Below, piece by piece: positions 18,678-27,915 of a stretch of 64,000 bases of DNA. Within the stretch, counting starts at the first letter, position 1. Each line of letters begins with the position of its first letter. The stretch is from an uncultured Chloroflexia bacterium (GTDB lineage Bacteria > Chloroflexota > Limnocylindria > Limnocylindrales > CSP1-4). The notes beneath the pieces were generated by a model, which was not told the DNA's origin, searched no databases, and saw nothing but the letters and a program-made list of their open reading frames with translations. The position numbers and the translations under genes are program-made. The DNA is taken from positions 416,001-480,000 of the forward strand of contig CAVVCZ010000004.1 in assembly GCA_963746845.1 (NCBI GenBank), in the 5' to 3' direction.

Positions 18678-20469
18678 TCAGCCCTGGCGCGTCCCGCAGC
18701 GGCGGCAGAAGCGGGCCGTCGCCGACAGGGACAGCCCACAGCTCGAGCAGGGCTGGACCCCGGCGATCGGGGCGACGCCCTTGACGGGAACGGCGAGGAC
18801 CTCGCGAGCCGAGGCGGCCCACAGGTCGTCGCTCGACTGTCGGGTCTTGCTGGCGAGGAGGGCCATGCTCGGCGACTCCTCGAGATCCGCCCGGACCGGC
18901 CACTGGGGCTCGCCCGCGGCACGAGCCGGCGTCTGGCCCGGGGTCGCAGGGGCGACTGGCGGGACCACGGTCGGGGGACTGGTCTGGTCCGGCGCGAAGA
19001 TCTGCCAGGTGGGCTGCTCGATGCGGTCCTCGCGGACGGGCAGCATCGGCTCGACGATCGGCTCGGGCTCCGGCGCCGGTGCGGCGGCGACGGGCTCCGG
19101 CTCGGGCTCCGGTTCGGCGGCGACCGGCTCCGGCTCGGGTGCGGCGGCGACCGGCTCCGGCTCGGGTGCGGCGGCGACGGGCTCCGGCTCGGGCTCCGGC
19201 GTCGCGAGATCAGCGGCGACGAGGCCGCCGGCGGCGAGCGCGGCCAGGCCGTGGCCGCGCGGTTCGACGACCTCGGGCTCCGCGACCTCGGGCTCGGCCG
19301 CAGCGACGGGGGCGACCTCGGGCTCGGCCGCCACGACATCGGGCAGCGGGGTGTCGGTCAGGGCAGCCGCGGCTGCCAGCTCTTCGGCGACCGGCGGCGC
19401 GAGCTCGTCGACCGGCGCGGTGTCCACGCCCGGCGTGGAGTCGAGCTGCGCCTCGTAGGCCGCCAGCTCGGCATCGATGTTCTGACCCGGCCGGAATCGG
19501 TTCAGCAGGTCCGCCGTGCGCGCCGCGCCGTCCGCGGCACGCTGCTCGACCGCCGGATCGATCGGCATGACCTCGGCCGGCATGGCCGGCGCTTCGGCGA
19601 CGACGGCGTCCGGCACGTCAACGACGGCCGGGCTCACGGGCGCGGTCTCGAAGACGACCGGCTCCGGCTCCTCGGCCTGCGGCTGCACCGGATGCAGCGC
19701 CGAGGGCTCCGGCGACGCGGCTTCGTACGCGACAGCTGCTGCCGGCGCGAGCCACTCGATGTCGGACGCCTCCGCGGCGACCGGCTCCGGTGCCGCGGGC
19801 TCGGGCCACGCCGGGAGCTCGGCAACGGGCTCGGGCACCGCAGCGGGCTCGGGCTCGGGCTCGGGTGCGGGCGGCGGCGCCGTCGTCTCGCCCGACAGGA
19901 ACGCGAGGCGGGCGGCCGCGTCGAACTCGGGCATGTCGTCGGCGTGACCGGCGCCGTTGGTCCGCGGGGCGAACCCGTTGCCGGCAGGGTGCGCCCCGTT
20001 CGAGGGGAGGCCCTCGATGCCGAGGAGCGCGCCGTTGGCAGAGGCGGCCGGCGCCGTGAGATCGATCTCCGGCCAGGCCTCGGCCTCGAGGCGGACGGGT
20101 TCGAACGCCGGCGCGTCCTGGAACGGCGCGGGCAGCAGGTCCTGTGCGAGATCCGGGACGCAGCTCAGGCAGTGCCCGGCGGCGGGGTTCCAGCAATTGC
20201 CGCACGTGTACTGGCGGCACGACATGCAGAAGTTGAACGTCGAGTGGAACGCGTCGAGCTGCTGCGTCGTGAGCTCGCGCTCCTCGTCGCTCCGGGCCTC
20301 GGCCAGCGCCTCGTCGAGCGACGAGTCGTCGCTCATCACCCAGTTCTTGACGCCCTTGCTCAGGGTCTTGAACTGACCAAGCCGCCGAGTCTTGCGAGGC
20401 GCGCTCGAATTCAAACGTATAGCGAGTGCCGCAACGCTCGCAGAAGGACTCGGTGAGGATCTCGGGCAT
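18678..20469 (-). CDS. Multi-zinc-finger protein with long acidic Pro/Ala/Glu linker; +1 frameshift near 20410
   Basis: N-terminal MPEILTESFCERCG is in a different frame from FCMSCRQYTCGNCW...CLSC and the C-terminal CSSCG...FCRRCG; span is 3n+1. Confidence 0.75.
19060..19200 (-). repeat. Intragenic tandem repeat (about 27-bp units) encoding PEPEPVAAA
   Basis: Repeated GCGGCGGCGACSGGCTCCGGCTCGGG units, about 4-5 imperfect copies. Confidence 0.85.
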
Positions 20470-20683
20470 CGTGCCCTCGGGTACGCGATGAAACCGACGG
20501 CCGGAGGCCGACCGAAACGTGCCGAGACTATATCGCAGGGCCTCGCGCGAGCCTCCACCGCTGGTACGGCCGACCCAGGGACGATGGTCCCGACGGGCCC
20601 TGGACGGAATCGGGGCGCCCCGGCGCACCACGGCCCTCCGAGGCCGGAGTTCACAGAGTCGTCTGCTAGACTCCGCCCCCGAC

Positions 20684-21621
20684 ATGGGAGCCCTTGCCGC
20701 CGTCGAGCGGTTTCTCGAACGGCTCTTCGAGGGCCAATCCGCCCGACTCTTCCGGACCGGGCTCCGCCCGATCCAGGTCCAGCGCCGGATCGAGCGCGCC
20801 ATGGAGTCGCACCGGGTCCGCGACGGGCAACGCACCATCGTTCCGCACCGGATCGTCGTGCGTCTTTCGCCGAACGATCTGACTGCACTTCGTGCGGCCG
20901 AGCCCGGGCTCGCGGCCGGGCTCGCGGACGCCGCGCTCGCGTTCGCCCGCGCGCACGCCTACACGCTGCTGGACCGCCCGTCCGTGACGCTCCGGGCCGA
21001 TCCCACCGTCGAGCCGGGCGACATCGCCGTCGACACGGACGGCCTGCCGGTGGGCGCCCATGGCCTCGGCCCGGGGACGGTCCAGCCGGGGAGCGTTGAT
21101 GCCCAGGTCGTCGCCGCCTGGACCGGGACATCGACGCCGCCGCTCGATCCACCCCCCGGCGCCGTGCCGCGCCGCCGCCGCCCGCGCCGAGCCGGAACAC
21201 CGCGGTGTTCGTCGTCCCGGGCGCGGAGGGGCCGCGCGCGACGATCCGCGAGATCCGTCCGGACCGGTCCAGCCGCGCCCTCGCGTTCGACGGACGGCCC
21301 CTGACGATCGGCCGGGCATCGGACAACGGGCTGGTTCTGCGCGACGGTCGCGCGTCACGGCACCACGCTCGGATCGACGTCCGACGCGGATCGCTCGTCC
21401 TGACCGACCTCGGCAGCATGAACGGGTCCTGGGTGAACGATCGGCGGGTCGAATCGATCGCCCTGGGCGAGGGCGACCAGGTCCGGCTCGGGCTGACGAC
21501 CCTGATCATCGAGGCGGTCGAGGCGCTGCCGCGACCTCATCACGAGCATCCGGCGAGCGGCGCTCCGGCGAGCCCGATCCGGACGACAAGCGGGATCCCG
21601 GATGGCCCCGTCGCGAGCTGA
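20684..21621 (+). CDS. fhaA: FhaA-like protein (DUF3662 + FHA); frameshift near 21150-21175
   Basis: N-terminal ERFLERLFEG...LRPIQVQRRIERAM (DUF3662-like) in one frame; FHA motifs IGR, SRHH, DLGSMNG in another; span is 3n+2. Confidence 0.8.
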
Positions 21622-22073
21622 TGGACCCCTTCCTCCTGACGGTCTGGATCGTCCGTCTCCTGTTCCTCGCGCTGCTCTACGTCTTCCTCTTCCGGATCGC
21701 GCGGACGCTTGTCGGCGACCTGCGGGCGGCCGCCCGCGAGCCGGGCGCCGAGCTCGGCCGGCTCGTCGTCGTCGCGTCGCCGGCTGGTGAGCCGGAGGAG
21801 GGGACCTCCCTCGCGCTGGACGCGATCGCCACCCTCGGCCGGGACGTCAACAACGCGATCGTCGTCGAGGACCAGTTCGTCTCCGCGGAGCACGCGATCC
21901 TCACGTTCCGCGGGCGGGCCTGGTATGTCGAGGACCTCGGCAGCACGAACGGGACGTTCGTCAACGGCATCGCGGTCACCGAGGTGACGCCACTCGGGTT
22001 CGGCGACGTGATCCAGCTCGGGCAGGTCCGTCTGCGGCTGGAGCGGCCGCGATCGGTCGGGAGGAAGAAGTGA
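21621..22073 (+). CDS. Membrane-anchored FHA domain protein (FhaB/FipA-like)
   Basis: N-terminal TM helix, LGR, VSAEH, DLGSTNGTFVNG; TGATG overlap. Confidence 0.9.
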   Translation: MDPFLLTVWIVRLLFLALLYVFLFRIARTLVGDLRAAAREPGAELGRLVVVASPAGEPEEGTSLALDAIATLGRDVNNAIVVEDQFVSAEHAILTFRGRAWYVEDLGSTNGTFVNGIAVTEVTPLGFGDVIQLGQVRLRLERPRSVGRKK

Positions 22074-23575
22074 TCGCGACCGCTCCGGGCCTGCCGGCGA
22101 TCCTCGGCCCGATCCGTCCCCGCCCGCGCTGGCGCGAGACGCGTCTGCTGCTGATCGTCGCGGCCGCGATCGTCGTCGGCAGCGTGTCGCTCGCGCTGAC
22201 GAGCCAGGTCGCCGATCCCGGCGAGTCGCACGGTCTGAGCCTCGCGAACCCACTCCACGTCGCGATCTACCTCGCCCTGCTGGCCGTGGCCCACCTGACG
22301 CTGGTCCTGTCCGGGCGTCGGGTCGACGAGATCCTCCTGCCGACCGCGGCGATGCTCGGCGGGATCAGCCTGCTCCTGATGGAGCGGCTGCCGCAGGACC
22401 AGGTCGTCCAGACGGTCGGGCCGTGGCAGCTCGGGCTCGGCGACATCCAGCTCGCCTGGCTCGTCCTGTCGTTCGGTCTGGCGACGATCCTCGCGGTGAC
22501 CGTCCGAAGCGACGGCTGGCTGCGTCTCTACAAGTACACCTGGGCGGCGGCGGGGATCGCGCTGCTGCTCGCCACGTTCGTGTTCGGCGACGACATCAAC
22601 GGCCAGCGACTGAGCCTGACGATCGGACCGGTGACCGGCCAGCCGGCCGAGCTGCTGAAGGTCATCCTCGTCGTCTTCCTCGCCGGCTACCTGTCCGAGA
22701 ACCGGCCGCTGCTCGTCGAGGAGTCGACCCGGATCGGCCCGATCAAGCTGCCGCCCCTGCCGTTCCTCGCCCCGATGGCGGCGATGTGGGCGATCGCCCT
22801 CGCGATCGTCGTCCTCCAGCGGGACCTCGGCGCGGCGCTTCTGTTCTTCACCGTGTTCCTGAGCCTGCTGTACATCGCCACCGGACGCGTCGGCTACGTG
22901 ATCGTCGGGATCCTGCTGTTCCTCGCGGGCGCGTACGTCATGTACCTGATCTTCCCGACGGTCCAGACCCGCGTCGACATCTGGGTCGACCCGTTCCGCA
23001 GCCCGACCGGCAGTGGCTACCAGATCATCCAGTCGCTGTTCGCCTTCGGCCGCGGCGGCCTCCTCGGAACCGGTCTCGGGGCCGGGCTGCCGACCGTCGA
23101 CGGCAACCTGCCGATCCCTGCCGTCCACACGGACTTCCCGCTCGCCGCGCTCGGCGAGGAGCTCGGGATGGTCGGGGTGACCGCGATCCTCGGGCTCTTC
23201 CTGGTGATGGTCGAGCGTGGGCTGCGGATCGCCGCCTCCGCCGCGGACGAGTTCCGTGCGCTCCTCGCCGCGGGTCTTGCGCTCGTGATCGGCACCCAGG
23301 CGTTCATCATCGCCGCCGGCAACCTGAAGCTGATCCCGCTCACCGGGATCACGCTCCCGTTCATCAGCTACGGCGGCTCCTCGCTGCTCGTCAACGGGAT
23401 CATCATCGGCTTCCTCCTCGCCCTTTCCGATCACGGGGTCGAGCCGCCGCCACCGCCGCGTCCGCGGGGCCGGCTCGCCCGCCTCACCGGCCGGGTCGCC
23501 CGCCTCGAGACGCCGGCCGCCGGTCGTGCGCCGATCCCGCCCCTCCACGCCGGCGACGGCGGAGGCGTCCGATGA
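22070..23575 (+). CDS. rodA: SEDS family peptidoglycan glycosyltransferase RodA
   Basis: QPAELLK, QRDLG, GYQ, HTDF, IPLTGITLPFISYGGSS; adjacent to a class B PBP. Confidence 0.93.
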   Translation: MIATAPGLPAILGPIRPRPRWRETRLLLIVAAAIVVGSVSLALTSQVADPGESHGLSLANPLHVAIYLALLAVAHLTLVLSGRRVDEILLPTAAMLGGISLLLMERLPQDQVVQTVGPWQLGLGDIQLAWLVLSFGLATILAVTVRSDGWLRLYKYTWAAAGIALLLATFVFGDDINGQRLSLTIGPVTGQPAELLKVILVVFLAGYLSENRPLLVEESTRIGPIKLPPLPFLAPMAAMWAIALAIVVLQRDLGAALLFFTVFLSLLYIATGRVGYVIVGILLFLAGAYVMYLIFPTVQTRVDIWVDPFRSPTGSGYQIIQSLFAFGRGGLLGTGLGAGLPTVDGNLPIPAVHTDFPLAALGEELGMVGVTAILGLFLVMVERGLRIAASAADEFRALLAAGLALVIGTQAFIIAAGNLKLIPLTGITLPFISYGGSSLLVNGIIIGFLLALSDHGVEPPPPPRPRGRLARLTGRVARLETPAAGRAPIPPLHAGDGGGVR

Positions 23576-23621
23576 CCGAGGAAGAGCGCCCGATGACCGA
23601 GGAAGAGCGCCCGATGACCGA
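23569..23621 (+). repeat. 21-bp tandem direct repeat (2.5 copies) at the pbpA start
   Basis: CCGATGACCGAGGAAGAGCGC x2 plus CCGATGACCGA; encodes MTEEERP-MTEEERP-MTD. Confidence 0.92.
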
Positions 23622-25164
23622 CGTCCAGGACGAACCCGCGGTCGCCGACGCGGCGGACGAGCCGGTCGGTCCGACGCGACGGCAGGCGGCCCGGCCCGCG
23701 CCCCTCGGCCGGACGATCGGCCACGTCGGGCTGGCCCTCACCGTCGCCTTCGCCGGCCTCGCCCTCGGCGCCGGATACTGGCAGGTCGTCCGCTCCGCGG
23801 ACCTCACGACGGACCCGACGAACCCGCTCGTCATCGCCGCCGCCCGGAACGTCGTGCGCGGGACGATCGTCGACCGCGACGGGAAGGTCCTCGCCTCGAA
23901 CGCGCGGGACAAGGCCACCGGCCAGCCGTACCGCGTCTACAGCAGCGACGCGTTCAGCGCGGTCATCGGGTACGCGTCGCGCCAGTTCGGGACCGCCGGC
24001 CTCGAGCGGGCGTTCAACGCACAGCTGACCGGCATCTCCAACGGCAACCCGATCGGCGACGCCCTGCGCAAGTTCGAGATCGACCCGTACGACCCGCAGA
24101 AGCTGACCCTGAGCCTGTCGACCCGGCTGCAGCGGGCGGCGGTCCAGGGGCTCGGCTCGGACCGTGGCGCCGTCGTGATGCTCGATCCGCGGACCGGTGA
24201 GATCCTCGCCATGGCCTCGACGCCCACCTTTGACAACGGTGCCGTCGCCAACCCGGCGACGGCCGCCGATGCCTTCGCCGCCCTGCGGGTCGACAAGACC
24301 CAGCCGCTGCTCAACCGGGCGACCCAGGGCCTGTACGTCCCGGGCTCGGTGTTCAAGATCGTCACCGCGATCGCGGGCCTCGGGTCGGGCGCCATCGACC
24401 CAGACACGACCTTCCCCGAACAGCCGAAGGCCGAGAAGTCCGGGCTCGTCGTGTCCGGCTTCCGGATCCGCGAGCACCCGGGCGTCCCGAGCAAGAGCTT
24501 CGATCTCGAGGCCGCCACCGAGTGGTCGTCGAACATCTGGTACGCGCTGGCGGGTCTCCGGACGGGCGGCCAGGATCTCGCCGACGTCGCCGGTCGCATG
24601 GGGTTCGGGCAGACGCTCGCCTTCGATCTGCCGACGGTCCGGTCCCAGGTGAGCGGCGGCGGCGCCGGCCCGGGTGGCTTCGCGGACGACGTCGAGCTCG
24701 CGAACGCCGCGTACGGCCAGGCGAAGACCCTCGTGACCCCGCTCCAGATGGCGCTGGTCGCCTCGACGGTCGCGAACCACGGGATCCTCATGCGGCCCCA
24801 CCTCGTCATCGCGACGAGCGGCCGTGACGGGACGAAGAACGTCGCCCCGTCCGAGATGGCCCGGGTGATCACGCCGGGGGACGCCGCCTCGATCACCGCG
24901 GCGATGCAGGGGGCGGTCGAGAGCTCCATCGGACGGCAGTTCACGACCGGCGCGAAGGTCCGCGGCGTCCCGACGGCGGGCAAGTCGGGCACCGCCGAGC
25001 TCGGCGGCACCGGGGCGCCCCACTCGTGGTTCATCGGGTTCGCACCAGCGGACGACCCCCAGGTCGCGATCGCGGTGATCGTGGAGCGTGGTGGCCGCGG
25101 CGGCGCCCGGGCCGCGCCGCTCGCGGGTGACCTGCTCAGCCTCTACTTCGCGCTGAACCGATGA
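23572..25164 (+). CDS. pbpA: Class B penicillin-binding protein (PbpA-like transpeptidase)
   Basis: TM anchor, RGTIVDRDG, SxxK GSVFK, SxN SSN, KSGTAE. Confidence 0.93.
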   Translation: MTEEERPMTEEERPMTDVQDEPAVADAADEPVGPTRRQAARPAPLGRTIGHVGLALTVAFAGLALGAGYWQVVRSADLTTDPTNPLVIAAARNVVRGTIVDRDGKVLASNARDKATGQPYRVYSSDAFSAVIGYASRQFGTAGLERAFNAQLTGISNGNPIGDALRKFEIDPYDPQKLTLSLSTRLQRAAVQGLGSDRGAVVMLDPRTGEILAMASTPTFDNGAVANPATAADAFAALRVDKTQPLLNRATQGLYVPGSVFKIVTAIAGLGSGAIDPDTTFPEQPKAEKSGLVVSGFRIREHPGVPSKSFDLEAATEWSSNIWYALAGLRTGGQDLADVAGRMGFGQTLAFDLPTVRSQVSGGGAGPGGFADDVELANAAYGQAKTLVTPLQMALVASTVANHGILMRPHLVIATSGRDGTKNVAPSEMARVITPGDAASITAAMQGAVESSIGRQFTTGAKVRGVPTAGKSGTAELGGTGAPHSWFIGFAPADDPQVAIAVIVERGGRGGARAAPLAGDLLSLYFALNR

Positions 25165-25394
25165 CCGACGCGCCCGATCCGGAGGCGACCGCGTCAGCCG
25201 CCGAGGAGGCGCCCGGCCCCCGGCCGTGGCTGGAGCGGATCGGGCTGGCGGCGATCGCGGTCGTCATGAGCGCGCTGTTCGCGGTCGTGGCCCTGGCGGC
25301 CGGTTCTGGCGGTGAATGGATCCTCGCCGCGATGAGCGCCGTCGGGGCGTTCGTGACGATCGCGGTCGGCCTGGCGACGCTCGTCCGGGGCTGA
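25161..25394 (+). CDS. Small two-TM membrane protein
   Basis: ATGA overlap with pbpA stop; two hydrophobic helices. Confidence 0.75.
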   Translation: MTDAPDPEATASAAEEAPGPRPWLERIGLAAIAVVMSALFAVVALAAGSGGEWILAAMSAVGAFVTIAVGLATLVRG

Positions 25395-25604
25395 TCGGCG
25401 GGCTCCCGCACGCTCGCGCGGGCGTGCGCCCGGGGATTTCGAACGATCTGGCTCTCCGTGACGTCATGGAGACACAGGAGGGTGATGCTGCACGTCGTGA
25501 CTGCGATCAAGAGGCGGCCCGAACCTCAACGAGCGTCGCAGCGTACTATCCGTCAAACCCCCCGGGAGCCCGACGTCCCGTCCGCCCCACCCCCGAGGAG
25601 CCCG

Positions 25605-26609
<1,005 letters not shown>

Positions 26610-26658
26610 GGGAGCCTGCCACGAGCAGAGGACGACGCGCGATCGACGCGGGAACCCG

Positions 26659-27915
26659 ATGATCCGTCGCTTCCAGCTGATCCTCATCGCGGCGATCCTG
26701 CTGATCGCCGCGTTCTCGACCGAGCTCGAGTTCCTCTTCTACCTCGTCTACCTCGCGATCCTCGTGATCGGCGGGTCGTACATCCTGACCCGCCTCGGGC
26801 TCGCCGACCTGGAGGCCGGCTACGCCGTCAGCCAGCTGACCGGCCACGTCGGCGACCGGCTCCAGATCACCTACACGCTCCGCAACACGAGCCGCCTTCC
26901 CAAGCCCTGGCTCGAGGTCCACAACCCCACGACGCTGCCGGGCGGTCTGCCCGGCCGGGCGATCGCGCTCGGGTCCCGGGCCGAGCGCTCATGGCTCGTC
27001 CGGGCTCCTCTGATGCGGCGCGGCCACTTCCGGGTCGAGCCGCTCCAGATCCGGACCGGCGACCCGTTCGGCTTCTTCGAGGCGTCGGCGTCCGTTGGAC
27101 AGGGCGTGGCGGTGGTGGTCTATCCGCGGATCGACAAGCTCCCGTTGTGGCGGCTGCCGGCCGCGAGCATCGAGGGCAGCCACTCGGCGCCCGAGCGCAC
27201 CCTCCAGACGTCGCCGCTGGCGACGGCGGTCCGGCCGTACGCACCCGGCGACAGCTTCAACCGGATCCACTGGCGGTCGACCGCGCGCCACGGCGAGATC
27301 CAGGTCAAGGAGTTCGAGCTCGAGCAGACCGCCGACGCGTGGATCTTCGTGGACCTGGAGCGATCGGTGCAGGGCGGGCGCGGCGAGGAGTCGACCGTCG
27401 AGATCGGCGTCCGCGCCGCCGCATCCATCGCGGACAAGGCGCTCCTCGAGAACCGCGCGGTCGGCCTGACGGTCAACGGTCATCGCCAGGCGATCGTCCC
27501 GGCGGACCGCGGCGGCCGCCAGCACCTGAAGATCATGCAGCTGCTCGCGGCCGTGGACGGCGACGGCACGACGCCGCTCGCCGAGTCGCTCGTGGCGGCG
27601 GCGGGCCGGCTCCGGCGCGGCATGACCGCGATCATCATCACGCCGTCCCTCGATCGCGGCTGGGTCCGCCCGATCGCCGCGCTCCGGACCCGCGGCATCG
27701 CATCGGTCGTCGTGACGCTCGATGCCGCGGCCGCGGACCGGATCGACCGCGCGGAGCGGCGCCGCACCGGTGACACGGTCGCCGAGCCCACCGACGCGGC
27801 CGAGGAGCAACGCGCGCAACGGGCGCGGGCGCTCCGCCACGCACTCGCCGAGTACGAGCTCCGGGTCTACGCGCTCAGTCCTGGCCGCTCGCTCGCGGAG
27901 GCCCTGGGCGGATGA
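26659..27915 (+). CDS. DUF58 (VWA-like) protein
   Basis: DPFGFF, VYP, VRPYAPGDSFNRIHWRSTAR...VKEFE; follows MoxR. Confidence 0.92.
   Translation: MIRRFQLILIAAILLIAAFSTELEFLFYLVYLAILVIGGSYILTRLGLADLEAGYAVSQLTGHVGDRLQITYTLRNTSRLPKPWLEVHNPTTLPGGLPGRAIALGSRAERSWLVRAPLMRRGHFRVEPLQIRTGDPFGFFEASASVGQGVAVVVYPRIDKLPLWRLPAASIEGSHSAPERTLQTSPLATAVRPYAPGDSFNRIHWRSTARHGEIQVKEFELEQTADAWIFVDLERSVQGGRGEESTVEIGVRAAASIADKALLENRAVGLTVNGHRQAIVPADRGGRQHLKIMQLLAAVDGDGTTPLAESLVAAAGRLRRGMTAIIITPSLDRGWVRPIAALRTRGIASVVVTLDAAAADRIDRAERRRTGDTVAEPTDAAEEQRAQRARALRHALAEYELRVYALSPGRSLAEALGG

Noticed and set aside
19060-19330. Periodic repeats as a possible CRISPR array
   Set aside because: In-frame coding repeats (PEPEPVAAA) with no unique spacers and no cas genes
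25395-25604. Possible small ORF (METQEG...) or ncRNA before moxR
   Set aside because: No convincing SD, codon bias or recognisable structure; TACTAT near 25543 explains it as a promoter region
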